This document shows positions 29,486-39,220 of a stretch of DNA of 64,000 nt, one piece after another; position 1 is the stretch's first letter, and each line of letters starts with the position of its first letter. The notes under the pieces are model-generated. The model ran no database searches, was not told where the DNA came from, and worked only from the letters and a program-made list of their open reading frames with translations. Position numbers and translations under genes: made by a program. This DNA is from Candidatus Aenigmatarchaeota archaeon (GTDB lineage Archaea > Aenigmatarchaeota > Aenigmatarchaeia > CG10238-14 > SpSt-28), in assembly GCA_038733315.1 (NCBI GenBank), contig JAVYPJ010000001.1, forward strand, positions 107,469 to 171,468, written 5' to 3'.

Positions 29486-30859
29486 ATGAACAACTTATTA
29501 GCAAACTTAGGTTTTTTATTGCAATTATCCGGATTCTTCATTTTCCTAGTTGCAATAATTGCAACGTATTTAAATGAAATTAATGAAGCTATTTCTTTTT
29601 TTATAACCGCATCTGTTTTCTTTATAATAGGCTTTCCTCTTAACGCTCTATCTGAAAGGAAAGAAATAAGTTTTAGAGATAGTCTAATACTATTTTTTTT
29701 AACTTTTTTGTTTTTAGGATTAATAGGTTCTATACCATACATGTATTTAAATATATTTAAAACAGAGAACCTTCTTGAAAAAACAATAAATTCTATATTT
29801 GAAAGTGTTTCTGGATTTACAACTACTGGATTTACCTTTTTAAAAAATTCTGAATTATCTAAATCTATGATAATTTATAGAGCTACCTCACAATTTATTG
29901 GAGGAATTGGTATAGTTTATTTGTTATTAACATTTTTGTATTCTTCAAAACATAAAATATCCCGTATTTTTAGTAAATTGTTTTTTTCAGAAACTATCTT
30001 AGAAATAAAGAAAAACGTTATAGAGATTTTAGCTTTTTTTATTATAGTAACCATAGCTCTAAGTTTAGCTATGTACTATTTTAACAACGATATTATAAAG
30101 TCCTTTTCGTTAGTTTTAAGTGGAGTGGCTACTGGAGGATTTTCACATTATGAAATAGGTGAGTTAAGCATAGAAGAAAAAACAATAATAATCTTTTCTA
30201 TGATTTTTGGGTCTATATCGATTTTTATTTTATCTAAATTTAAAAGAGAGCTTCCAATATATATTCTTACAATTTTTATATGCTCGTTTGTATTAAATAT
30301 TAACGGAATAGACATTTTTGATTCTATTTTTCATGGAGTATCCATAGTTTCTACAACTGGATATTCTTATATAGATTTTACCTCTTTACCGCAATACTCT
30401 CTACTTTTATTTTCTATAGTAATGTTAATTGGTGGTATGGCTATTTCAACAGCTGGAGGTATGAAAATAATTAGATTAATAAATTCTAAGGTTTGTATTT
30501 GGAAAATAATAAAAAGTTTTATACTTGAAAAAAATTTTGAAATGAATAATAATAACGGTTTTATTTCGATAGCCTATTTATTTTTATTCTTATCTCTTTG
30601 GATATTTATATCATTAATTTTTTCTATCTATTATTCCGATAAGCTGAATTATTCTATTTTTGATGCAGCATCAGCTATATCTACTAGTGGTTTTTCAGCA
30701 GGAATAATAAACGAAAACATGTCGATAGAACTAAAGATTTTTTTAATTTTTATAATGATATTAGCAAGAATAGAAATTTTACCTTTTTTTGCAATTTTTA
30801 TTTGTTGTAGAGAAGTTAATAAAAAAGCGTTAAATAAAATATTGGCTATTGAACAATAA
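29486..30859 (+). CDS. trkH: TrkH/KtrB-family cation (K+) transporter.
   Basis: Repeated selectivity-filter-like motifs (SGFTTTGFT, TGGFS, STTGYS, TAGGM) sit in a polytopic membrane protein. Confidence 0.6.
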   Translation: MNNLLANLGFLLQLSGFFIFLVAIIATYLNEINEAISFFITASVFFIIGFPLNALSERKEISFRDSLILFFLTFLFLGLIGSIPYMYLNIFKTENLLEKTINSIFESVSGFTTTGFTFLKNSELSKSMIIYRATSQFIGGIGIVYLLLTFLYSSKHKISRIFSKLFFSETILEIKKNVIEILAFFIIVTIALSLAMYYFNNDIIKSFSLVLSGVATGGFSHYEIGELSIEEKTIIIFSMIFGSISIFILSKFKRELPIYILTIFICSFVLNINGIDIFDSIFHGVSIVSTTGYSYIDFTSLPQYSLLLFSIVMLIGGMAISTAGGMKIIRLINSKVCIWKIIKSFILEKNFEMNNNNGFISIAYLFLFLSLWIFISLIFSIYYSDKLNYSIFDAASAISTSGFSAGIINENMSIELKIFLIFIMILARIEILPFFAIFICCREVNKKALNKILAIEQ

Positions 30860-30862
30860 TTT

Positions 30863-32299
30863 ATGAGTAAAGAGCTTGGTATAAAATCTAAAAAAGAAAA
30901 TTTAAGTGAATGGTATGAAGAAGTTATTTTGAAAAGTGAATTAGCCGACTATGCTCCAGTAAAGGGATGTATTATTTATTTGCCTTATGGATTTGCAATA
31001 TGGAACTTAATAAAAGAGGAATTTTCTAAAATTATAAAAGAAGAAGTAAAAGAAGTTTATTTTCCTATATTTATTCCAAAAAGTATTTTAGAAAAAGAAG
31101 CAAAACATTTTGAAGGTTTTAGTCCAGAGGTTGCCTGGGTAACAAAAGGTGGAAATAGTGATTTAGACGAATGGTTAGCTATTAGGCCAACAAGCGAAAC
31201 TATTATTTATTCATATATATCAAAAATTATAAAGAGCTATAGAGACTTACCTCTAAGAATAATTCAATGGTGTAATGTAGTTAGATGGGAAACTAAAGCT
31301 ACAAAACCTTTTCTTAGGGGAAGAGAATTTTTGTGGCATGAAGGCCATACATTTCACACAACATTTGAAGAAGCCGAGCAAGAAATGAGAAAAAGAATTT
31401 TACAATATAAGGAATTTGTAGAAAGTTTTTTGGCTATACCAGTGATTGCCGGATATAAAAGCGAGTATGAGAAGTTTCCTGGAGCATACACTACAACAAC
31501 CATAGAGGCTTTAATGCCAGATTATAGAGCTTTGCAATGCGGAACTTCGCATAATTTAGCTGATAAGTTTTCAAATGTTTTTAAAATTTACTATCAAGAT
31601 AAAGATTGTAATAATAAGCTTGTATATCAAACATCTTGGGGATTCTCTACTAGATTAATAGGAGCTTTAATAATGGTTCACGGAGATGATAAGGGTTTAG
31701 TTTTACCTCCAAAGATTGCTCCATATCAAATCGTAATAATTCCAATTTATTATAACGAAGCTGAAAAAAATAAGGTTTTTGAAAAAGTTAAAGATATTGA
31801 AAATAAGTTAAAAATCAAATATAGAGTTTTTAGCGACTTAAGAGAAGAATATACTCCAGGCTTTAAATTTAATGAATGGGAATTAAAAGGTGTTCCTATA
31901 AGAATAGAAATTGGTCCCAAAGATTTAGAAAACAAAAAAGTTACAGTTTTTAGAAGAGATAAAATGAAAAAAGAAAGTGTAGATGAAAAGGATTTAGAAA
32001 ACTATTTAGAAAAATTAATCGAATGTATTCAAAAAGATATGTTTGAAAAAGCGAAGAATTTTTTAGATGAACATATATTCTTTGCAGAAAATTTAGAGGA
32101 GTTTAAAGAGAAGGTTGAAAAAGGATTTGTTATAACAAATCATTGTGGTAATGTTGAATGTGAAGAAAAATTGAAAGAGCTTACAAAAGCTAGCTGCAGA
32201 GTAATAGAATTCGGAAATGAAGAGCCTTTAGGAAATAAAAAATGTGTATTTTGTGGAAAAGAAGCTAAATATAAAGCATATTTTGCAAAATCTTATTAA
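30863..32299 (+). CDS. proS: Prolyl-tRNA synthetase, archaeal/eukaryotic type.
   Basis: Class II aaRS motifs are present. There is a C-terminal Zn-binding domain (HCGNVECEEK...CVFCGK). Confidence 0.85.
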   Translation: MSKELGIKSKKENLSEWYEEVILKSELADYAPVKGCIIYLPYGFAIWNLIKEEFSKIIKEEVKEVYFPIFIPKSILEKEAKHFEGFSPEVAWVTKGGNSDLDEWLAIRPTSETIIYSYISKIIKSYRDLPLRIIQWCNVVRWETKATKPFLRGREFLWHEGHTFHTTFEEAEQEMRKRILQYKEFVESFLAIPVIAGYKSEYEKFPGAYTTTTIEALMPDYRALQCGTSHNLADKFSNVFKIYYQDKDCNNKLVYQTSWGFSTRLIGALIMVHGDDKGLVLPPKIAPYQIVIIPIYYNEAEKNKVFEKVKDIENKLKIKYRVFSDLREEYTPGFKFNEWELKGVPIRIEIGPKDLENKKVTVFRRDKMKKESVDEKDLENYLEKLIECIQKDMFEKAKNFLDEHIFFAENLEEFKEKVEKGFVITNHCGNVECEEKLKELTKASCRVIEFGNEEPLGNKKCVFCGKEAKYKAYFAKSY

Positions 32300-32311
32300 A
32301 AAATAAAAAAA

Positions 32312-33079
32312 TTAGATTAGCCAAGAAAACCAGCTCCTAACTCTTTTTAGGTATGTTGAAATTGGTACTTTATACTCTTCTCCAGCTATATTGGAAGCTA
32401 ATTTCATAAACTCTATCGCTGCCCTACTATAATCGTTAATTTCTAAATATGTTTTGCCTAAGGCTAATGCTCTTTCAAAATCTCTATCAAACGGAATTGC
32501 TGCTATTACTGGTAAATTCACTAAGTCTTCTATTTCACCTATTGTTAGCTCATATGGTTTTCCAGATACTTTATTTACTACTACTCCTAAGGGCTTTAAA
32601 CCCATTTTCTCTGCAACATCATTTATTTTAATTACATCAGTTACAGCAGCTATATTTGGATTTGTTACATAAAGAATTTCCTTAGAAGCTTTCATCGCAC
32701 TTACAGCTTCTCTTCCTATTCCTGGAGCGCTGTCTATTAAAACGAAATCGCTATATGGTATTTCTTTTATTGTCTTTTCTAACTTCATTATATCTACGTT
32801 CTGCAATTCGTTTACATCTAAGGAGCTGGGAATTATTTTTAAGCCACTATCGTGAAAATAAATTGCGTCTATTATCAACTTTGATTCCTCCCTTAAAACA
32901 TGGTTTAAAGTTGTTGGGTTATAAAACATACCAAAATTCATTGCTAAATGTGGAGTTGTTATATTAGCATCTATTATTGTTACACTTTTTCCAAGCTTAG
33001 TTAACGCCAAACCAAGATTTGAAGTCACTGTTGTTTTTCCTACGCCACCCTTTCCGCTAGCTATGGTTATTACTCTCAT
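32312..33079 (-). CDS. MinD/ParA-family P-loop ATPase.
   Basis: It has the deviant Walker A SGKGGVGKTT. Confidence 0.75.
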   Translation of the reverse strand: MRVITIASGKGGVGKTTVTSNLGLALTKLGKSVTIIDANITTPHLAMNFGMFYNPTTLNHVLREESKLIIDAIYFHDSGLKIIPSSLDVNELQNVDIMKLEKTIKEIPYSDFVLIDSAPGIGREAVSAMKASKEILYVTNPNIAAVTDVIKINDVAEKMGLKPLGVVVNKVSGKPYELTIGEIEDLVNLPVIAAIPFDRDFERALALGKTYLEINDYSRAAIEFMKLASNIAGEEYKVPISTYLKRVRSWFSWLI

Positions 33080-33082
33080 AAA

Positions 33083-33931
33083 TTATTTTCTGTCTAATAT
33101 ATTTATTTCTTTTTTGGAAAAAACATTTTCTAATCTTTTTAACTCGAAATCAATTATTTCCTTGGCATTTTCAATTAAGTTTTCAGAAATGTTGTATTCA
33201 AAATGCTTTTTATTAATAAAATTTATTATTCTTTTCTTTATGTTTTCATCTATTATTAACCTATTGAAATTTTTAAATTTTTTTATAGTTAAAATTGGTT
33301 TTTTTAATAGCGCTGCGTACAATATTTCTTTGAAAAACCTTTCCTTAGAAAAATCTAATATTATATCGACATAACTTAAAAGTTTTATTAATTCGTTTTT
33401 CTCTAACTTTCTCTTTATAAAGTAAATATTTTTAGAATTAGAAGTGTTAAGATCTATGATACCATATATATATATTTCAAACTCATCAACCAAAATTGAA
33501 ACTAAACCAACCATTTCTATAGAAATTTTATCACAAATAATTAGAATAACTTTCCTTCTTTTATTAACAGATACCTTATCTATTTTACTACTAGGAATTT
33601 TGCCATCTATTATATAAGGAAAATATATTATGTTATTTTTGCTAATCCTTTCATTTCTATAAACATATATTTTATTATTGTTTTCTTGTATCCTTTCAGG
33701 ATTTTCAATTTTATTAATTACTTTATCTAGACTTATTTTCATGTCTGAAAGGTTTATAATAAAATCTAAATCCTTATAATATGATTCCATTGCATTGAAT
33801 GGTAATAAGAAAATGTTATAAAATCTTCTTATTTCTTCAGAGTCTATAGTAAAATAATAAAACTCGTAATTCAAAGATTTCAATAAGTTTATAAGGTCTA
33901 TATCATATTCATATATTAAACCAATCTTCAT
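33083..33931 (-). CDS. GT-B-fold glycosyltransferase-like protein, paralogue B.
   Basis: It has two Rossmann-like halves. The N-terminus is similar to ORF 34535..35386 (MKIGLIYEYDIDLINLLKSLNYE versus MKIGFLLDKIDEDIIKFLSLINYE). Confidence 0.3.
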   Translation of the reverse strand: MKIGLIYEYDIDLINLLKSLNYEFYYFTIDSEEIRRFYNIFLLPFNAMESYYKDLDFIINLSDMKISLDKVINKIENPERIQENNNKIYVYRNERISKNNIIYFPYIIDGKIPSSKIDKVSVNKRRKVILIICDKISIEMVGLVSILVDEFEIYIYGIIDLNTSNSKNIYFIKRKLEKNELIKLLSYVDIILDFSKERFFKEILYAALLKKPILTIKKFKNFNRLIIDENIKKRIINFINKKHFEYNISENLIENAKEIIDFELKRLENVFSKKEINILDRK

Positions 33932-33935
33932 AATG

Positions 33936-34205
33936 TTATTCCCAATAAATAAAGTTAAGTTCTGTTAGCTCTTTGAATAATTCATCTAAGAATTTTTTTA
34001 TCATTTCTTTATCTATTTGAGTTTTTTGAGCTAAGATTTCTAGAATTTCTTCATACTTTCTTTTTCCATCGCAATATTTTAATAAACCTACTGCAAGAGG
34101 GTCTATCTGATATAGTTTTTGGTTATCTAGGGTTGCGTAGTAAGTATTTAAATAATTAATTATTGTTAAAGATTCCGCTTTTTTTGGCCTTTTCCCTTCA
34201 AACAT
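33936..34205 (-). CDS. PqqD-like / RRE-type small protein.
   Basis: It is 89 aa. YQIDPLAVGLLKYCDGKRKYEEILEILAQK...FLDELFKE fits the PqqD family pattern. Confidence 0.4.
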   Translation of the reverse strand: MFEGKRPKKAESLTIINYLNTYYATLDNQKLYQIDPLAVGLLKYCDGKRKYEEILEILAQKTQIDKEMIKKFLDELFKELTELNFIYWE

Positions 34206-34206
34206 T

Positions 34207-34476
34207 TCACTTCCCCAACCTTTTTCTTAATTCCTCTAGTATTTCTTCGTCTGTTATCTTTTGCGCAAAAAACTGCTTCAAATAGCATAATTTCGCCTTA
34301 CCAACCTTTCTTTGATAAATTATTTCTGCTCCTAATAATTCGTGCAAATATTTTGCGACTGTAATTCTACTAAAACCAAGCTCATTAGAGATTTGCTGAA
34401 TTGTTAAACCTTCGGGATGTTTTCTAAGAAGCTCAATTATTAATCTTCTAATATCTTCCTTCTTCTCTTTTTCCAT
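34207..34476 (-). CDS. Winged helix-turn-helix transcriptional regulator.
   Basis: It contains the HTH LTIQQISNELGFSRITVAKYLHEL. Confidence 0.55.
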   Translation of the reverse strand: MEKEKKEDIRRLIIELLRKHPEGLTIQQISNELGFSRITVAKYLHELLGAEIIYQRKVGKAKLCYLKQFFAQKITDEEILEELRKRLGK

Positions 34477-34534
34477 AATAATAAGTTATTAAAGATATTT
34501 ATATTTATTGTTTATCATGTCTGTTAACTATAAA

Positions 34535-35386
34535 TTAAATTTTTGAATTTATTTCTATAAAATCCTTAATCTCGTTTTCAAAAATTTTTGCAGATTTTTT
34601 TATATCATACTCACTTGCTACTATTTTATTTACCTCATACTCTACAAAATCTAAGGCCCTTTTAATAGTAAATAAAAGCTTATCGAAATTTATTTTTAAA
34701 GTATTAGCAAATCCATCATTAGTAATAGCTATTCTTTTCATAGCCATAGCCTCTAAAACTTCTTTTTTCCTATTTTCAATGGAAATTATCAAGCTGCTAT
34801 TAAGGAAAAGCTCTGCCCTTTCTGTTTTACTTAACTCCCTACTAATAAAATTTACAAAGGGGAAAGTTTTTTCTGAATAAACCTGATAAACAATAAAGTA
34901 CAGATTCTTTATTTCTTTTTTCAACGACATAAGCTTTTCCAATATAGAAATAAGCGTTGCATCAAATGAATTTGTTAAGATTGTTATCCTTTTTATTCTA
35001 TCAAATTTTTTAAATTTAGATTTAAAATTACTAAAAAAATCAAAATCAATAAAATATGGAAAATAAATGCAGTTTTCTATTTTTTTATTTCTAATTGCAT
35101 AAAAGTCGTAGTCAAAAATATATCTTTCTAATTCGTTTTCTACAATTTTTATATTAATTGCATAGTTGCTTTTAAAATTTACATTTTTATCTACAAAAAG
35201 TATTTTAACGTCTTCTTGTTTTATTGCATTCTCAAAATTTAAAGTTTTTATTATTTTTATATTATTTTCTGGAAAATATTCTCCGAACTCTTTACTTTTC
35301 TCAAATATTACAGTTTCATAGTTAATTAGACTTAAAAATTTTATTATGTCTTCATCGATTTTATCTAAGAGAAATCCTATTTTCAT
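34535..35386 (-). CDS. Glycosyltransferase family 1-like (GT-B) protein, paralogue A.
   Basis: The C-terminal EVLEAMAMKRIAITNDG resembles the GT1 motif E.FG..ILEAMA.G.PVI. Confidence 0.4.
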   Translation of the reverse strand: MKIGFLLDKIDEDIIKFLSLINYETVIFEKSKEFGEYFPENNIKIIKTLNFENAIKQEDVKILFVDKNVNFKSNYAINIKIVENELERYIFDYDFYAIRNKKIENCIYFPYFIDFDFFSNFKSKFKKFDRIKRITILTNSFDATLISILEKLMSLKKEIKNLYFIVYQVYSEKTFPFVNFISRELSKTERAELFLNSSLIISIENRKKEVLEAMAMKRIAITNDGFANTLKINFDKLLFTIKRALDFVEYEVNKIVASEYDIKKSAKIFENEIKDFIEINSKI

Positions 35387-35840
35387 AAAAATTAAACTAT
35401 TGATATCAATAATATGTTTAGTATTAACTTTTACTCTTATTTTGTTTATAAAAAATATTTCTATAAGCTATGAAATAAGATATGTTGCTTCTGTTATAGA
35501 TGGTGATACGTTTGTTGATGAAAAAGGAGAGAAAATAAGATTAATCGGTATTAATGCTCCTGAAATTGGTAAAAAATGTTATGAAGAATCTAAGGAAAAA
35601 TTAAAAGAAATGATAGAAAAAAAGTATGTTAAAATAGTTTATGATGTTAAAAAGAAGGATAAATACAATAGGACTCTTGCATACGTTTTTATTAACGATT
35701 TGAATGTTAATTTAATAATGATTAAAGAGGGTTATGCAATTGTTTATTCAGATAATATAAATACAAAATTTTTAAAAGAGTTTTATCTTGCAGAAAAATA
35801 TGCGAAAGAGAATAAGATTGGTTGTTTATGGAAAGATTAA
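35346..35840 (+). CDS. Membrane-anchored staphylococcal-nuclease-like (SNase) thermonuclease.
   Basis: An N-terminal TM helix is followed by VIDGDTFVDEKGEKIRLIGINAPE, the SNase active-site region. Confidence 0.7.
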   Translation: MSSSILSKRNPIFIKIKLLISIICLVLTFTLILFIKNISISYEIRYVASVIDGDTFVDEKGEKIRLIGINAPEIGKKCYEESKEKLKEMIEKKYVKIVYDVKKKDKYNRTLAYVFINDLNVNLIMIKEGYAIVYSDNINTKFLKEFYLAEKYAKENKIGCLWKD

Positions 35841-36928
35841 TCCAAAAAATCTTCGTTTTTAATTTTTTCTGGTAAATATGTTTCTGTAACAAACTTTAAA
35901 CCCCTACCAGCTAAGGATTCTAATTCTGCTTTATACTTCTTCTCTATGAACTTATTTATTTCTCTTTGCCATTCCTTTTTCTTAAACCATTCATAGTTTA
36001 AAAGCTCATATGCTCTTTTTATGTCAACCTCTTTTGCTTTAATTGTCCAGTCTTTTAGCTTAAACGTCTCTATATCTGTCATTGTTAGGCCAATAAACAT
36101 TGCATCCTTAGTTCCTAATCTATCCGAAATGTGAGCTAAATTTATTGAACCGTATTTTATTACAGAGTATATATAGAAACCATAAGGATCGCTGTCACAA
36201 AAAACATATATAGGTAAGCCGAACTCTTGATTAAGTCTTTGAATTAATCTCCTTGCTCCCCTAGGAGCTTGGCCTTGAGTTGTTAATAAAATGCAATTAT
36301 GTTTTTTCCAAAATTTATCTTCATGCAATCTTTCCCATGCTGCGTTCTTCTCTATTACTAAAACAAAACTTGCATCGACTTTTTTGAACTCTATAGCTTC
36401 TACATTACTCGGAATGGCCCAACCGCCGCTACCTAATTTACTCCAATCTATGGTATCTCCTCTATCCTCTATTATTACATTACCAACTACTCTACCTCTT
36501 GTATCAGCATTTAAATGTAGCTGCTCTCTTAAAACATCTAAGGTTACTTCTAAATCTACTATACAAGCGTCGCTTTCGTTTTGCTCATCAAAAGTATTTT
36601 CATTGCTATTTGGTAATGTTCTTTTCATTGCATAAAAAGCTTCTCTTAGGCTTGCATGAATATTTTCAGAAAGAAGTTTCTTAGTAAAGCTAGCAACTAA
36701 TAAAGTTTGCATGAACTTTTTTGCTTTATGTAAATTAAAGAAATCTCTTTCTATTTTTTTCTCTCCAAGTTTTAAAACATGGTCTTTTCTATCAAAAATT
36801 ATGTTTTTAAGAGTTCTAGAATATAAATTTATCCTTGGGTTTTCTCCTCTCTTTATTTGCTCAAGTAAATCTTTCCCAAGCTCTTCCAACTTTTTTATTA
36901 CACTGTCTAAGTATGTTGGCTTAGCCAT
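35837..36928 (-). CDS. top6A: DNA topoisomerase VI subunit A (Spo11-like).
   Basis: It has a Toprim domain with FCDSDPYG and the N-terminal CAP region. Confidence 0.85.
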   Translation of the reverse strand: MAKPTYLDSVIKKLEELGKDLLEQIKRGENPRINLYSRTLKNIIFDRKDHVLKLGEKKIERDFFNLHKAKKFMQTLLVASFTKKLLSENIHASLREAFYAMKRTLPNSNENTFDEQNESDACIVDLEVTLDVLREQLHLNADTRGRVVGNVIIEDRGDTIDWSKLGSGGWAIPSNVEAIEFKKVDASFVLVIEKNAAWERLHEDKFWKKHNCILLTTQGQAPRGARRLIQRLNQEFGLPIYVFCDSDPYGFYIYSVIKYGSINLAHISDRLGTKDAMFIGLTMTDIETFKLKDWTIKAKEVDIKRAYELLNYEWFKKKEWQREINKFIEKKYKAELESLAGRGLKFVTETYLPEKIKNEDFLD

Positions 36929-36934
36929 AATTAT

Positions 36935-38689
36935 TTAGGTCTCTATTTTTATTTCTGGAAGTTTTTTATTCGCTATTTCTAGTAACTTTTTTTCTATTTC
37001 TTTTTCGTCATAATTTGCTAAAATAGCTATGCTTTTTGCAACTTCTGGCAAATATCTTTCAAAAACATTTCTCTTCATTTTTACTAACTCTGCCCTTTTC
37101 TTCTTGGATATGTGTATGGAAACTTTTCTTAATGCTTCTTGAATGGCTAGCTCAAGCTCTTTTATAATTTCCGGATATTCCGCTATAGCTTGTTTTCCTT
37201 CACTTTTATATGGAATCCAAACAGAAATAAAATCTACTAAGATTAAAACATTTTCAGCTGGTAAATTAGATTTTCCAACAGAAATTCCATAATGGTTCCA
37301 ATTTATTGACATAAGAACTTTTGTAATAGCACAGTCTCTAGCGTTATAAAGCAATGGTGTGTGATTAGCGAACCTTAATATAATTGATTGTGAATCTGAA
37401 ACATCTTCCTCTTCTATTTTACTTGAATCTTTAAGACCATAAGCTATAGCCACTTGGATTTGAAACGGAAAACCTCTATAAACTTTTGGCTTTCTTGTTA
37501 TAGCGACGTAATACTCAGCTGGGTATAGCTTCTTTAAAGCATCGATAAGATATTTGTTATCTAATTGACTTAAACAATCTGTTGGTGGAGCTCTTATTTT
37601 TACTTTTTGCATAGAATTAAAAATTTTTTCTGCATCCTGTAAAGTAATTTCACTTGGTTTTTTATACAAATATTCTAAAATTTTATAAGACAAAAAGAAT
37701 TTTCTTAGCTCTTGCTCATTTAAATCAATAATTTTTTTATTACTATCTAAATTCATTTCCTCTAAAACGGCTTTAACAACATTTTCGGAATTAAAAAAGT
37801 TATTTAGTATATCAAAAACTTTCTTTTCCTTATTTTTTATTTCTATTTCCTCTCCTCTTAAGCTCAATCTAAGGATTTTTATAGCTGTTTTTAAACTTAT
37901 TCTACTGAATTCCTTAGTAAGAAAATCTAAAAGAGTTTTTCGGTCTGTTATTTCTAAGAACCTTTTAAATACACCAAATTCTACTCCATATGGATGTGGT
38001 TTAATCTCCTTTGGTTGTTTTGGTAATTTATCCGAAACTCTATCTAAAACAATTTTTTCTCCGTCTTTATCAAAAATTATCTTAGCAAAAGAGTTTGTAA
38101 GCCAAATGAACTTTAAATATTCTTCTATTTTATTACTGTACTTTCCTTCAACTTCTATTTCAACATCTAACCCATGCCATTTATATTTATTTTCTTCTTC
38201 GGCACTTTTTATTATTTTTGGCTCGTTTTTTCTAACATCTATCATTAACTCAAAATAATATATTTTATCAGAGTTAATCGTAGAAGTATATATTTTTGCT
38301 GGTTTAGAGGTTGTTAATTGCGCATAAAGAATTGCTCCCTTAGCTCCTATACCTTGGGTTCCTATGGATTGTCTTAGTCTATAAAATTTACTTCCGACTA
38401 AAAATTTTCCTAGAGCTATTGGTAATTTTTTGGGATTAATTCCAGGACCATTATCTATTATTCTAACTTTATATCTATTTTCATCGATTCTTCTTAATCT
38501 AACTTCAATTTCCGGTAAAATACCCGCCTCTATACATGCGTCAATAGAATTATCTACAAACTCCTTAACAACGGTATATAAAGATTTTGCAGGATTTTCA
38601 TATCCAAGTAAATGTCTGTTTTTTTCAAAAAACTCGGCTATACTTACTTCTTTTATTTTTTCAGATATATCTAAACTTCCATCGGTCAT
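36935..38689 (-). CDS. top6B: DNA topoisomerase VI subunit B.
   Basis: The GHKL ATPase motifs are present (VKEFVDNSIDA, DNGPGI, GTQGIGAKGA). It sits next to Top6A. Confidence 0.85.
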   Translation of the reverse strand: MTDGSLDISEKIKEVSIAEFFEKNRHLLGYENPAKSLYTVVKEFVDNSIDACIEAGILPEIEVRLRRIDENRYKVRIIDNGPGINPKKLPIALGKFLVGSKFYRLRQSIGTQGIGAKGAILYAQLTTSKPAKIYTSTINSDKIYYFELMIDVRKNEPKIIKSAEEENKYKWHGLDVEIEVEGKYSNKIEEYLKFIWLTNSFAKIIFDKDGEKIVLDRVSDKLPKQPKEIKPHPYGVEFGVFKRFLEITDRKTLLDFLTKEFSRISLKTAIKILRLSLRGEEIEIKNKEKKVFDILNNFFNSENVVKAVLEEMNLDSNKKIIDLNEQELRKFFLSYKILEYLYKKPSEITLQDAEKIFNSMQKVKIRAPPTDCLSQLDNKYLIDALKKLYPAEYYVAITRKPKVYRGFPFQIQVAIAYGLKDSSKIEEEDVSDSQSIILRFANHTPLLYNARDCAITKVLMSINWNHYGISVGKSNLPAENVLILVDFISVWIPYKSEGKQAIAEYPEIIKELELAIQEALRKVSIHISKKKRAELVKMKRNVFERYLPEVAKSIAILANYDEKEIEKKLLEIANKKLPEIKIET

Positions 38690-38728
38690 ATATATTATAT
38701 CTTTGACTTATATATAATATATCTTTGA

Positions 38729-39220
38729 TTATTTTGCTTCCTTAGAGGTAATGTCTTTTTGATATGGTAGTGGTATTAATATTTTCCCCCCAATTCTTGA
38801 AATCCTATGAATTAAATCTGCAAAAGTGTTTATTATAGTTTGCATTGTAATCAAATCTAAGTTAAATTTTTCTGGTTTTAATATAATAACGCTACTAGGT
38901 GCAAAAAGGATAGTAGCAAAGATTAAAGCATATATATCTTTTGCTAATATTTTTGTTTTTGCTGCCGCTGAATACATTTTATTTTTAGTCTCTAAATTTT
39001 TAACTCTTTTTGCATTAAGAAAAGTTTCCTCTAAGATTTTTATATCGCTAAATTCGCTAAGTTTTTTTAAATGCTCCTTTAACGCATCTTCTGAAGCTTT
39101 TTTTTCTATAGCAACTGCCTCAAACCACATTTCTGCTAATACATATCCTTCTTTTATTTTTTGATCAATTTCTGACTCTTTCATAATACTATATCTACCT
39201 TTGCTAAACAATATGGACAC
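38729..39220 (-). CDS. Hypothetical protein.
   Basis: It is an ORF. The start is probably the internal M, which would give an ATGA overlap with the upstream gene. Confidence 0.3.
   Translation of the reverse strand: MSILFSKGRYSIMKESEIDQKIKEGYVLAEMWFEAVAIEKKASEDALKEHLKKLSEFSDIKILEETFLNAKRVKNLETKNKMYSAAAKTKILAKDIYALIFATILFAPSSVIILKPEKFNLDLITMQTIINTFADLIHRISRIGGKILIPLPYQKDITSKEAK

Noticed and set aside
29461-29742. ORF on the minus strand overlapping the trkH 5' end and lying close to tRNA-Pro.
   Set aside because: It overlaps a better-supported transporter gene and is probably spurious.
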